DNA of 62,600 bases, filler included, from Stramenopiles sp. TOSAG23-2 (Eukaryota): the NCBI GenBank assembly GCA_900128395.1. It is 6 parts of 6 records of this genome, joined end to end, with 100 filler letters (N's around TTAATTAATTAA, not from the genome) between each part and the next. Parts side by side here need not be neighbours in the genome. Positions count along the whole stretch, not along the records: positions 10,465 to 20,826 come from LT650023.1; positions 20,927 to 31,288 come from LT650024.1; 4 more parts are not named here. The stretch is one strand, 5' to 3'. Of the stretch, positions 10,932 through 22,745 are shown piece by piece. Under the pieces are notes generated by a model. The model saw nothing but the letters and a program-made list of their open reading frames with translations. It was not told where the DNA came from and did not search any database. Position 1 is the stretch's first letter; every line of letters begins with the position of its first letter. The position numbers were made by a program, and so were the translations under genes.

Positions 10932-12389
10932 TTTTTTTAGGTGTGCCCTGATTTCAATATACTTTTGCAGCTTTTAATAATATAGATTAATAATAATAAT
11001 TAATATGTTCAATTATTTAAATTGTTTAAATTGTATTAGAGAATTATAATTATCAGTTAATAATGCCTTTGTGTTTATATGTATAACTTACTATTTGAGG
11101 TAGAATATGTTTATACATATAAAAGACAAGATTATATGTATACTGGTATATAACACAAATGTAATAATACATCTTGTTAGTTTTAGCAATCACTATTTAA
11201 GAAGGGGATAGCATAAAAGATTTTCATTATCCAGCTTTTTTAAACAAAGGGTTTAGGTTTCCCCACTTTTTTAAAGATCGGAAAGCCAAAGTTTCAAAGT
11301 TTCCTCGTTTTGAAGAAAAAGCTGTGAAAATCAGTGGTTTGATAGCCTATTACTTATACTTCTTAGTATATTTTACGAGACTAAAAATTTCAAATCCTCA
11401 GCAGCTCAGCAGGACACGCGCTCCTTGTACTTAACCTGTAATATTCCTATCAATATATGTATACTCCGGCTAATTCCCGAATTCATCAATAGTTGTCCAC
11501 AAAATTATTAATGTCCTTCTACTATTTTTATAAATACAGAATCAAGTATATTGTTTTAATGTTATTTATATCTTAATAGTGTATTTAAATACCAATTGAA
11601 TGTTTTTAGCATTTCATAGCATTGTAATAGGTATATAGCACCTGATATTTGTAGCATTACATAGGATTGACAAACGTATTTTTTCACGGTATGTAAAGTG
11701 AAATTTAATATTAATTTTTGTCGAAATTTATCTAAATACCAAATACTATATTTTTGTTGAAATTTATTCAAACACCAAATACAATATTATATACCGTAGT
11801 GTTTGATATCATTTATTCTATTTATGTAATAAATCGGAAAATTAAAAAATGATGATTCGCTGTTTGCATTTTTGACGAAGGTTAGTACATTTAATTCTTA
11901 TTCTTTTTGTTGTATTGTTACCTATATCTATTTAGTATACATGTTAGTAGTTTTGTTTATATTTGTACCTATCTAACTAGGTATATTTAATGTTATTTTC
12001 ATGTTATATGTATTAATAATGATGATGGAAATGGTGTTTAAATGATTCCATATAGGGTGATGAAAATGGAATGAATCAATTGATCGATCTGGTTTATATG
12101 ATAGATAGAATTGATAGATGGAATCAGGTAGACAGGTAGGTGAAATATTATCATTCAAATACAGTGTGTTTCCATTGTGTATCCAATTACATTTAATCCT
12201 AGTTTTTGCAATTCATCATATTGAATTTTTATTAGTTTTACTTTTTTTTTTTTTGGTATAATTACATAATTCATATTTTTTTAAAATTAAAGAACATTAT
12301 ATTTTATTTAACTCAATTTTCTGGTTTATTTGTATTATATTTCGAGATTGAACACGACACAACAAAATATATATCGAAAAACAACAGGG

Positions 12390-13955
12390 ATGGATTCATT
12401 TATATCGTATTATGATCTTGGATTGGAATATTTAAATATATATACAAAATGGTGGATTACACAATATGAAACAAATCCAATCCATGTGATATTGGAAACG
12501 TTGCTTATTATATTTATTATATATGTATATTTTAAAAGACCATCTGCGAAAAAATCACAATTATCAGAACATGAAATTAATGATTTAATTGAAGAATGGG
12601 TACCCGAACCATTAGTACCAGATGATAGTAATAATAGTAATGATAATAATAATAGTAGTAACACGGCTATGATTGCGAATGATATATCCACTGATTTTTT
12701 AGTTGTAGAAGGACGTAAAGGGTCTGTCGTATCAATACAAGGTTTAGGTGATTTAATTGATATGGCATCATTTGATTTTTTAGGTTTTGCAACAGATGAA
12801 TCCATTAAACAAGAATGTGTTGAAGTATTACGTACATATGGATGTGGTAGTTGTGGACCACGTGGTTTTTATGGGACGGTTGATTTGCATTTAGAACTTG
12901 AAAATGCAATTGCAAATTTTTTTAATGTGGAAGAAAGTATCATGTACAGTGATTCTGGATCAACCGTTGCAAGTGTTGTACCAGCATTTTCTAAACGTGG
13001 TGATTTAATTATTTGTGATCAACATGTCAATGATAATTTATTAACTGGAATGTTATTAAGTAGGAGTAAGATCATCGTATATAAACATAATGATATGAAT
13101 GATTTAGAACGAATATTAGTAGAAATCAAACGTAAAGATGCAAAGACGGGGAATTCACCAAAAACACAACGACGATTTATTGTTAGTGAAGGTTTATTTC
13201 GCAATACAGGTCAAATTTTAAATTTACCAGTATTAAATAAATTGAAAAAAGAACATGGTTGCCGTTTAATACTTGATGAATCCTTATCATTTGGTGTCTT
13301 AGGTAAAACGGGACGTGGTGTTAGTGAACATTTCAACATGCCAATCGATTCCATTGATATCTTGGCATCTAGTTTAGCAACTAGCTTAGGTAGTGTTGGT
13401 GGATTTTGCATTGGTAATGAACGTGAAGTAGTCGATCATCAACGGTTAAGTGGTGCAGGTTAATGTTTCAGTGCATCTACACCACCATTTGTTGCAAAAG
13501 CTGCTACTGTTGCATTGGAGAAAATGACTGAACATAATTACAGATTGCAACATCAATTGAAATTGAATTTAAATGAAATTTTGGAAGGTATCGATCAAAT
13601 ACCACAATTAAGTGTGACTTCGAATGAAAATTCACCAATTATACATTTACGTTTATCAAATGAATGGCGCACAGATGATATTCGTGATGAAATCGATGCA
13701 TTACGTAGTATTGCAAATATGGTACGGGAGGATGGCATCTTAATAGTCGAAAGTAAATATGTACATAGTGCAATTAATTTAAAAGCTATTAATGTTAAAA
13801 TTAATGGTAATCGTCGTGGAAAGAAATTATTAACACCATCCTTCCCAGAGACGACATTACGGATTGTAACAAGTGCAATGCATAAGATGGAAGATATTGA
13901 TACATTGATTAAAGCATTGGATGTTGCAGTGAATGAATTGTTTGCTAATAATTGA
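12390..13955 (+). CDS. SPTLC1: Serine palmitoyltransferase subunit 1 (LCB1) with one in-frame TAA at 13461-13463
   Basis: YGCGSCGPRGFYGTVDLHLELE, LILDESLSFGVLG, DHQRLSGAG*CFSASTPP. The two track ORFs are in the same frame. Confidence 0.92.
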
Positions 13956-14295
13956 AAAAAAGATATTATATATTATTAATATGTACGTACGCGAAGTAAA
14001 AATATATATTATATCTAAAATAGTATGTGAGTGTGAATGGAACAGGATTTTGAATTTATAAAATGACCTATATAAAAGTAAATAATATATAATTGAATAT
14101 AATTTTAAAATACACACCGTGTGTGCAACAAACTTTTGCATATATGTATTTTAATTTTTAATATTTTTTTTAAATCATTCTAAGACACTCTCGAATACAT
14201 ATATGTGATCCACTCTTACTGCCAGGCGCGCGTGTGCAATATATTATCTAACTGGCGCCACGTGGTGCTTTAAAAGCATTAAGAACGCGATTAAT

Positions 14296-14787
14296 TTATT
14301 GTTGTGATTTACTATCTTTAGGTGCAGGTGCAGGTGAAACCAATCTGTATACGTAAAACATTGACATGATAGCACTTAAAAAGAAAATCAAACCAGCTGG
14401 CACTATGTATTCCAATGTTAGATATATATAATTCTGTTAGTACAATGTGAAATTTATTAGAAAAGTCTTCTTTATTCTTATGCATTACTTACTAAATTTT
14501 GCATTTTTATTTAAATATCTATCCCCCATAACATATGTTAAAATACCAGATATAACCAATGAAAACATAGTATATGTACGTGTTGCAGATGCATATTCAT
14601 GTGGCATGACTGTACCAGACTTACATTTATTGTATTCTTTTAAACTTTGCATTCCAAGAAACAATACCAATGCACCACTTCCACCGCCAGCTGCTAAGCT
14701 TACTGTTGATCCTGCAGATAAATATCCAGCAACACCACCTAATAATAACATACCACCATATGGTAACGAAAAGCAAAATTCATACAT
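14296..14787 (-). CDS. TMEM14: TMEM14/FAX family membrane protein, 2 exons (14787-14493, 14402-14296)
   Basis: PYGGMLLLGGVAGYLSAGSTVSLAAG. Removing the 90-nt GTAAGT..TACTAAC..CATAG intron restores the conserved KFMPAG motif. Confidence 0.9.
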
Positions 14788-15672
14788 TTATTATTTTTTT
14801 ATTACTTTATAATTTATTAATAAAATTTCCAATTATTATTATTTTCACGTATTATATAATTTATATATATATATATTCAATTATCACGATAACTTTTTCT
14901 ACTAAATCTGTTTTTTTTGTGTGTGTTCAACGTTACTATTCCTTGTTTGTTTTTAAAATATTATATATGTGATTTTTTCAATTCGTTTCTGTTTTGCAAT
15001 GTATACCTCTCTACTCTAAATGTATTATAATATATATCAATTATTAAGTTAATTATTCTATTATACTACTAAATTTCATAGTCAATTTGAATTTTTTTGT
15101 TTCCTATCAAAATATAATTATGATACTTATAAAAGGGAAAATTTAAATTAGAATAAATGATGTGGTTAAAATCTAAGTTATAATAAAAAATTAGAATATA
15201 AAATGTTCTCTTACTCATATATTATATAAATTTCTTTTACTCCCGTTCATTAGCATCTCAAATCAAAAATGATTTTATAAAGTTTGGATATATATCTCTC
15301 AATAAAAAAAATTACTCACTCCTCTACGAGCTATTTATGATCTATTTTAAACACACTTATATATATCATACACTGTCATCAAATGACCAAAGTAATTTAT
15401 GTGCAATTGCACTTCTTGCAAAATACAATGGAAGAAGAAGTATTTTTCGGTATTTTGCAAATTGCAAATTAACATATTATACGTATGTTTGGAATATACG
15501 ACATCGTATAATTTTTGGTACGACTTTGTACGAGAAGTAAAATATTTTGAATGTTTGATTAGATCATCTTTAAAAAAATAGATACAGTATGCATATGCAT
15601 TATGCTTTTTTTCATTTTTCAAAAGAGTGTTTCCTTTTTTTACACGCTGTACTATAAAATTTTACAGTTATT

Positions 15673-18600
15673 TTATGAATTAATTTTAGCATCATTTTCT
15701 TGCGCATCTTGAAGTTTCTTTTTAGTTATTGAAATACCACCCGTCAATGCAGCAAGTTCTTTGCCTAACGCTCTTGCCTCTGCCAACGCAGCTTCTTCGG
15801 CTTCATCATCATCTTCATCAAATGCTTTGTTTACTCTTTCATTGGCTTCTGCAATCTTAGCTTTCAACTCATCGATTTTTGCCTGGTCTATTTCTGCCTC
15901 TACCTCACTCTCCATCTTCTTTTTCAGTGCTTTTCTTTCTTTCTTCAATTCTTTTGCTTTTGCACGAGCGGCATTTGTTGCATCTTCATTTCCAGCTTCG
16001 TTAGCTTCGGTCATTTCTGTTTTTGCCGATTTTATTGCTTGATCTAATTTGGCTAATTTTTCTTGATCGCTAACTTCTTCTTCTTTTGGTTTTTCAGGAA
16101 CAAAAGATAAATCGACAGCTTTCAATTCTCCACTGTTTAATTTTGCTAACGTTTCTTTTTGCAGGTGAACTTGATAATTATACCCAATTTTCTCCATTTC
16201 AGTAATAATTTCGCTTAAACTAGCTACATCACCTTTCCAACGAGCAAGTTCTGCTTTAAGAACTAGAACATCCAATGGTAGACAATCGATTTCAACAGCA
16301 TATTCTACAGTATTCAACAAGTTCTCAAACGTTTTTCCAAACGGTCGGTCTTCTAATGCCAACGTTATCTTCGCTGCATAAGCTTGCAGGCCACATCTGA
16401 AAGTGCCAGGGTTTATCTTTGCATACATTTCAATTTGCTGTCGAAAGGCAAACAAAGCTTTTCCAAAAATTGGATCTGCGTCTGGTTCCCCTTTTATGCG
16501 TTCAAAAATCATTAAACTTGGTAATAGGACAAAAGCCTGGTTGCATTCTAGATGGGGATCACCTGGTCCCAAAGTGCCATTGATACCCTTACTAGAAAAT
16601 CCATATTGCATTTTACAAAAATTCATCGCTTTCTCCCAATTACCTTCAAGGCATTCAACAAAGTTTATAAATACAGACATAAAAAATTTGAAAAGATTAC
16701 CAGGAAATGAACGTGTAGTATTCGGGAATAATTTTCCCATATTCATTAAGGTATTAAACATCGATTTGGCGCCTTTGATATCCAATGATATAGTACATGA
16801 ATGCATTTTACAAAAATGCACTAGTTGATACCCGAATGCCTTTTGATCTTCCAACGCTTCTGAATCATAACGCACTTTTTCCATGCGATCAATATAATGT
16901 TTGTACATCTTTACATCTCCCAGGGAGAGTAATGCAAAGGATAGTTGCCTTAAATGACCAATTTGATCGTTTGCATACTTAAGATTACCATCGATCATAC
17001 CAAAACTTTCTTCTAGTCGCGACAATGATTTTTTAACCATCTCAGGGGCAATAAAAATATACCATTGATATGGCGATCTGACTGCTCCCGCTCGATATTG
17101 GATCTTCAACCGTTTGTTTGAAGATAATAGTGTCATTCTTCGGTATATCCTACGCACAGCATCAGGATCATCTAGTGTCAATTTCCCTCTGTTTGCACCG
17201 GCCCAATTAGTGTGAAGTATATACCACAGATCCACATTGTTTTGTTTATATGCACTGATAAGGGCATAATACCGATAGTATTCGCTTATTTCAACGACGT
17301 CACTAACAGAAAATCCGTACTTCTCTTTCATCTGCACCCTAAGATTGAAATATAAGCTTGTTGCCAAAGATGCACTAATTAATAATTTTGCTCGATCTAT
17401 GTCGTCAAACGTTCCGTCTACTTTTGTCGGAATATCATCAAATTCCCCATACTCTCGCATCATCATTTCGACAGAAGCTTTTGACCGTTTCTGAGGAACA
17501 AAGGTAGGGTCATTCAGTTTGTGACAGGCATCCCACATTAATTTACTAGCAGTAATACCATCACCATACGAATTTCGAGCAAATCCTAAAAGAGCCATCC
17601 AGTACGGTATGCGATTTGATCCACTCCCTTTACTATACGCAATAGCCTGACTTAACGAATTCACACATTCTTTAAATGCACCAATTTCTAAGGCTTTTAA
17701 TGCCGCATTTTGTAACATATCGCAACCACGATCAACTTCACCACTACGTAACCAATGAAATGCTAAAACATCCATTTCAAATTTTATAGAAGAATTTTCA
17801 TATTCTTCAACAATTGCACGATGTACTTGCCGCCGTTGTGAATCCAACATCAAGTTATGCGCGCACTCAGTTATAATTTGATGAGTAAATTTCATCATTT
17901 TGCTAACTGATTCACCAGTCACTGCAACTACTAATCCACGTGCTGCTAACACTTCAAGTATTGCTTGTAAATGATTAAGATCTTGCGATGATAAAAATTG
18001 TGGTGCGACATTCATTAAATTTTCTTGGCGAAATTCGAATCCGAAACATGAACATACTTTAATCAAAACTTTAGCTTCGTCATCTAGACTATCAATTCGT
18101 TCCATCACAGTATCCATAATTGAACTTGGAAACTTAATAGAGTTGATGTCACCAGTGAAAAAAATATTACCATCATCATCTTTTTTTACCATATCTTTTT
18201 CTTTTAACCAATTAGTCATGGAGGATAGATACATGGGAATACCTCCAGCTTTTTGGTTGAGTAATTTGACAAATTCATCGCTGACTTTTTCACTGCCAAC
18301 ATCCAACGTCTTTGCTATTAAAGTGCGCATCGTATCATGGTCCATTGTGCCTAGTTCCATTAACGTAATATCACTGTTTTCTTTTAAAGCCGCTAAAATA
18401 CGAGAAAATTTGATCCGATCATCATCTTCGAGCCATTCATCTTCCAACGTTTCTCCTTCATCTTGTAATGCTTTATCTGCGCCACCAGCTTTTTGTTGTG
18501 AAATCATGTTGGGTGGGCGAGTTACAATCATGACGATGCTACCAATGCTTAATTGTGGTAAAACCATCTGCAGCATGATCCATGATTGACTGTCAATCCA

Positions 18601-20580
18601 ATGTGCATCTTCAAACACAAATATTGTATTTTCCAATGATTGGAATATTTTTAGACATACTTTAGCAGCCCGTCCTTCTAGTCGACCATGCTCCAGCTGC
18701 GTGCCTGATGCATCGCGTTTTGCCAATGTTGGCAATATAATACCAAGTGCATTAATATCATCTTCATCCAATTGGTGGTTAAATTTTAACGCAAGAACCT
18801 CTCCATATGATGGTGATGTTGATAAATTTGCGGCAGCAGTCAAAATTTGTCCAAAGGCAAAATATGGAGTTTGCTTCTCAATTGCAGATCCAGTACCCAT
18901 TAGGAAACGAACGTTGTCATCAATTGCCTCGCGCTGTAGTTGCCATACAATTGCACTTTTTCCCATACCTGCTAGACCTTCCAAAATGTAGGCACTACCT
19001 TTTTTTTCTTCCAACATAGCTTTCAAACCAGCTCGAAGTTTTGTCATTTCGCCTTCACGGCCTACAAAAACGCCTTTATCCAATTCATCTTGATTTTTAT
19101 GACGTACAGCTCCTGCTCTTCTTCCATAAGGACGCAATGCTCGAAACATTCCATCTTTACCTTTTACCTCAATAGGATTTGTCATGTCGTATCCAATATA
19201 ATTTTGTGTTGCATTGTAAACACGTTCTGACACTAATATTTTTCCCAAATCAGCTTTGCCCATCAATCGAGCAGCCATATTTGTCTCTGCGCCCATTACA
19301 ACAAAATCATTACGAGAAGGGTGACCACAAATACCAGTAAAACATTGTCCCATCGATATCCCAACTTTGCAAGGGTTGCTTAATGATGAACATGCAGAGG
19401 ACGCCTCTAACGAAAACAACACTGCTCTCAAAGCATCCACTTCGGTAATCTGGGTTATGCCGAAACATGCAATCATTGTACAGCCTTTATCTTCAAATAA
19501 AAAATCACGCATTTGTCCTTCAAATTTTGCAAGTACAGAACGAAGTGCAGAATATACATCATTTAAGTTCGACTCATTTACTCCATCTGAAGTCACCGAT
19601 TCCTTTGCAACTCCAGGTAATGAAAGAAAAACTACTACAACACGTCTTCTTTCGTTTTCAAATTGAGCATTACCACCTTTGGCACGTACTATTGGTGGAA
19701 TGTATGATGATGCAATTTCGGGGCATGAAGAAAGCTCAGCCGTGTACGTATCAATCATACTACCACGCTTAGACATTCGCCTTTGTGTTTCCTCCACATC
19801 TTCTTCATCATCAAGGATATCCTCTGTTTTTGTATCCCGCGTTATTGTTAAGCCGCCATATGCCTTGACAGTACCTGGCTTTGCTCGATCTAAAAGCCCT
19901 GCAGCAATTTTTATTGGCCTTCCAGCAATTAGAAACCATCTTTGTTTAATTCGTTCAAATTCAGCACGTGACATAATACTCTGTTCATCTTTTTTCATTC
20001 TTTGTCTAGCGCTATTAGACCGTGGTGAAGAGCCACGTAATTCCTTTAAATGAATACGTTGCAGAGGCGCACTCGCAGCTAGTCCACCATGCAAATCGAG
20101 ATCGGGGCTTGTATCTTTGATAACTTTTAACATTTCAAGTGCACATTCTTTTGCACGTTCAAATGATTTCTCATCCCCCCTATCTTCTGGGTCTGACGGT
20201 ATTGCAGAAAACGTACAAATTAAACAATCGCCAGCTATTTTTACGACTTCTCCTTCATATCGATGAGTTACATTTACTAAGACTGAAATTGCAGCAGACA
20301 TTTGCGATGCAAATTCTTCCGCTCCTTTCGCATCACCATGTTCTGCGGTTAACTTTTCGCCTAAGGCAGTAAAACCTGAAATATCTGCTAATAATAAACA
20401 TGCTTCGACCAGTTTTTTACTTGGGGCATCAGGCAAAGCACCTTTCGCTGCAATTTCCAAACGAACAGAGCGAGGGATCAAACCAGCTCTTTTTGGCGAA
20501 ATAAATGTTTGAGCCGCCTCGGGATTGACTTTACTTTCGTTGCCAGGCAAATCAAGCTCAACTGCATATTTTTCAGCCAT
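15673..20580 (-). CDS. ADCY10: Soluble adenylyl cyclase type 10-like protein (two class III cyclase domains + STAND P-loop NTPase + helical repeats + coiled coil)
   Basis: LLADISGFTALGE, VVKIAGDCLI, FLFEDKGCT, GAETNMAARLM, Walker A EGLAGMGKS, Walker B FVFEDAHWID. First ATG at 20580. Confidence 0.88.
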   Translation of the reverse strand: MAEKYAVELDLPGNESKVNPEAAQTFISPKRAGLIPRSVRLEIAAKGALPDAPSKKLVEACLLLADISGFTALGEKLTAEHGDAKGAEEFASQMSAAISVLVNVTHRYEGEVVKIAGDCLICTFSAIPSDPEDRGDEKSFERAKECALEMLKVIKDTSPDLDLHGGLAASAPLQRIHLKELRGSSPRSNSARQRMKKDEQSIMSRAEFERIKQRWFLIAGRPIKIAAGLLDRAKPGTVKAYGGLTITRDTKTEDILDDEEDVEETQRRMSKRGSMIDTYTAELSSCPEIASSYIPPIVRAKGGNAQFENERRRVVVVFLSLPGVAKESVTSDGVNESNLNDVYSALRSVLAKFEGQMRDFLFEDKGCTMIACFGITQITEVDALRAVLFSLEASSACSSLSNPCKVGISMGQCFTGICGHPSRNDFVVMGAETNMAARLMGKADLGKILVSERVYNATQNYIGYDMTNPIEVKGKDGMFRALRPYGRRAGAVRHKNQDELDKGVFVGREGEMTKLRAGLKAMLEEKKGSAYILEGLAGMGKSAIVWQLQREAIDDNVRFLMGTGSAIEKQTPYFAFGQILTAAANLSTSPSYGEVLALKFNHQLDEDDINALGIILPTLAKRDASGTQLEHGRLEGRAAKVCLKIFQSLENTIFVFEDAHWIDSQSWIMLQMVLPQLSIGSIVMIVTRPPNMISQQKAGGADKALQDEGETLEDEWLEDDDRIKFSRILAALKENSDITLMELGTMDHDTMRTLIAKTLDVGSEKVSDEFVKLLNQKAGGIPMYLSSMTNWLKEKDMVKKDDDGNIFFTGDINSIKFPSSIMDTVMERIDSLDDEAKVLIKVCSCFGFEFRQENLMNVAPQFLSSQDLNHLQAILEVLAARGLVVAVTGESVSKMMKFTHQIITECAHNLMLDSQRRQVHRAIVEEYENSSIKFEMDVLAFHWLRSGEVDRGCDMLQNAALKALEIGAFKECVNSLSQAIAYSKGSGSNRIPYWMALLGFARNSYGDGITASKLMWDACHKLNDPTFVPQKRSKASVEMMMREYGEFDDIPTKVDGTFDDIDRAKLLISASLATSLYFNLRVQMKEKYGFSVSDVVEISEYYRYYALISAYKQNNVDLWYILHTNWAGANRGKLTLDDPDAVRRIYRRMTLLSSNKRLKIQYRAGAVRSPYQWYIFIAPEMVKKSLSRLEESFGMIDGNLKYANDQIGHLRQLSFALLSLGDVKMYKHYIDRMEKVRYDSEALEDQKAFGYQLVHFCKMHSCTISLDIKGAKSMFNTLMNMGKLFPNTTRSFPGNLFKFFMSVFINFVECLEGNWEKAMNFCKMQYGFSSKGINGTLGPGDPHLECNQAFVLLPSLMIFERIKGEPDADPIFGKALFAFRQQIEMYAKINPGTFRCGLQAYAAKITLALEDRPFGKTFENLLNTVEYAVEIDCLPLDVLVLKAELARWKGDVASLSEIITEMEKIGYNYQVHLQKETLAKLNSGELKAVDLSFVPEKPKEEEVSDQEKLAKLDQAIKSAKTEMTEANEAGNEDATNAARAKAKELKKERKALKKKMESEVEAEIDQAKIDELKAKIAEANERVNKAFDEDDDEAEEAALAEARALGKELAALTGGISITKKKLQDAQENDAKINS

Positions 20581-20826
20581 CTTGCTTCGTGGCTGTTCCA
20601 ATTATCTATGTTTAACCGGATTGACGGACTGACCAAATATCCAAAATATCTGGGAAAAAAAAATAATAAAAAAATATACCAAACGTAAAATTATCAACTA
20701 TAAATGATTCTCTTCTAGTATTAATTCACGATTGTTACGTATGTGACTGCTTGTAGATATATATATATACATACAAACTTAGAATAAATATATTACAGAA
20801 TACAACATCGATATCTTTTAATTCAT

Positions 20827-20926
20827 NNNNNNNNNNNNNNNNNNNNNNNNNNNNNNNNNNNNNNNNNNNNTTAATTAATTAANNNNNNNNNNNNNNNNNN
20901 NNNNNNNNNNNNNNNNNNNNNNNNNN
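20827..20926. other. Artificial contig linker
   Basis: N44-TTAATTAATTAA-N44. Confidence 0.98.
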
Positions 20927-21133
20927 ATTCAATTGTTATTAACTCATATGTCTCTTGATAGCATTAATAAGAAGGACGGGTACGGATACACTCCCCTGGA
21001 CTGGGCATATTTTAATGATAGTCCAATTCGCCAAGAGATCATTGCGCTTATACGTTCAAAAGGTGGAAAAGCAAATTTACATGATGAAAATGGTAGACAT
21101 GTAGGAGATGGTAATGGTGATTTAAATCATTAA
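20927..21133 (+). CDS. 3' end of an ankyrin-repeat protein, paralogue of 21550-22347 (5'-truncated)
   Basis: LLTHMSLDSINKK..TPLD..DSPIRQEII..KGGKAN.HDENGR.VG.GNGDLNH, near-identical to the downstream gene, including the 3' flank. Confidence 0.85.
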   Translation: MQLLLTHMSLDSINKKDGYGYTPLDWAYFNDSPIRQEIIALIRSKGGKANLHDENGRHVGDGNGDLNH

Positions 21134-21549
21134 CAACACAATCAGAGGAAGACGTCCAGAATGAAAGAATTGTTTGCATAGAGAAGATGTCGTCCATCTA
21201 ATCAACCAGTTCAATTCATTGTTGTCAATCGGAGATGGAGCAAACGGGGAGTGTGAGAGGTGTGTGGGAGTGGTGAATATAATATATATATGACGCATTT
21301 GAAACCTAAAACAGAAATTAAAACGAGAATTATTTACTTTAACCAAAGCCTTTCGCCTTTCCAAATGTTTTCCCTCTTCTATATATTACGTTTCTCTGCC
21401 TCGTCATCTCTTGTCGTTCCTTTCGCTTTTCCTCTCCGGCCAGTCGAGGGTTTTATCAATTGAATTTGAACTAAGAAATATATATGAAATAGAATAATGT
21501 TGAACTATATAGATAACACACAAGATATATATATATATGTATATACAAG

Positions 21550-22347
21550 ATGGCGTCAAGAAATACAAAACAACGGAAAGAGGTGAAGGACGATGATGAT
21601 GATGAAATTAAAAACATATACGATGTATGTGGTATACCAGGTTTGTTTAAAAATATTTTAAAATTTTTAAATGTTAAAGCTATATTAAAAATGAGTGAGT
21701 CTTGTTTAGTGAAAAATTTAGGACATGCAAGTTTTAATGAGTGTGTAACTGAAGCGATAAGTAAACCAAAACAGTTGTTTGAGCTATATCAAAGGTATGG
21801 AAATGAATTTGAAGGGAGGTCGGCATTGGTATGTGCATGTGAACGTGGACGTATGAATGATGTGTTATTATTTGTAAATTTACATTGTTTTCATAAATAT
21901 ATTGAAAAAAACGGTGTGAAAGAAGGTAATATGACGTTGAACGAGATGGTGAGTCAATTCGGTACAAATAGTAGTGGTTTGGAACGTACACCTTTAATTG
22001 CAGCTGCAAGATTCGAATATTTCCAAATAGTTAAATATTTAATTGAACAAGGTGAAGCTGATCCTAATATTGCAAATAGTGATGGAATTAATGCATTACA
22101 TTGGGCAGTATATTGTAACAGAACGACTACTGAGTTGATTCAATTGTTATTAACTCATATGACTCTTGATAGCATTAATAAGAAGACCAGGTGGGAACAC
22201 ACTCCCCTGGACAGGGCATATATTGCTAATGATAGTCCAATTCGCCAAGAGATCATTACACTTTTACGTTTGAAAGGTGGAAAAGCAAATTGCCATGATG
22301 AAAATGGTAGAAATGTAGGAGCAGGTAATGGTGATTTAAATCATTAA
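21550..22347 (+). CDS. Ankyrin-repeat protein with an F-box-like N-terminus
   Basis: Ankyrin motifs SALVCAC, TPLIAAA, NALHWAV, TPLDRA. N-terminal IPGLFKNILKFLNVKAILKMSESC resembles an F-box. Confidence 0.8.
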   Translation: MASRNTKQRKEVKDDDDDEIKNIYDVCGIPGLFKNILKFLNVKAILKMSESCLVKNLGHASFNECVTEAISKPKQLFELYQRYGNEFEGRSALVCACERGRMNDVLLFVNLHCFHKYIEKNGVKEGNMTLNEMVSQFGTNSSGLERTPLIAAARFEYFQIVKYLIEQGEADPNIANSDGINALHWAVYCNRTTTELIQLLLTHMTLDSINKKTRWEHTPLDRAYIANDSPIRQEIITLLRLKGGKANCHDENGRNVGAGNGDLNH

Positions 22348-22745
22348 CAACACAATCATAGGAAGACGTCCAGAATGAAAGAGTTGTTTGCATAGAGAAG
22401 ATGCCGTCTATATCTAATTCTCGCATCACTTCAATTCATTGTTTAATTGGATATCATCAAATATAAATTTTCCATTACAGATATAGATCCAAGAAGGATG
22501 AGATGGGGCAAACGGAGATTGAGAGACTAGTGTGTGAGTGGTAAAAATGTGAAGGCAGTGCATGTTTACAAAAATATGAAAAGAAATTTTAAAATTATTT
22601 TACTTTATACTGTGAAGCTTCTCTAAACTCTTCTCCAAGGAAAAAAAATATGTAATTATTATATTTAATTATGGTGTTTAATAAATATCTCAAATCAATC
22701 ATCGTCGCATCTTTATTTATTTTACTAATAGCTTACCAAAATTAT

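Noticed and set aside
13461-13463. Genome-wide UAA/UAG-to-Tyr reassignment
   Set aside because: Conserved genes end at the expected place with TAA (WDR92, AGPS) or TAG (PSMA5), Tyr uses TAT/TAC, and only one internal stop was found.
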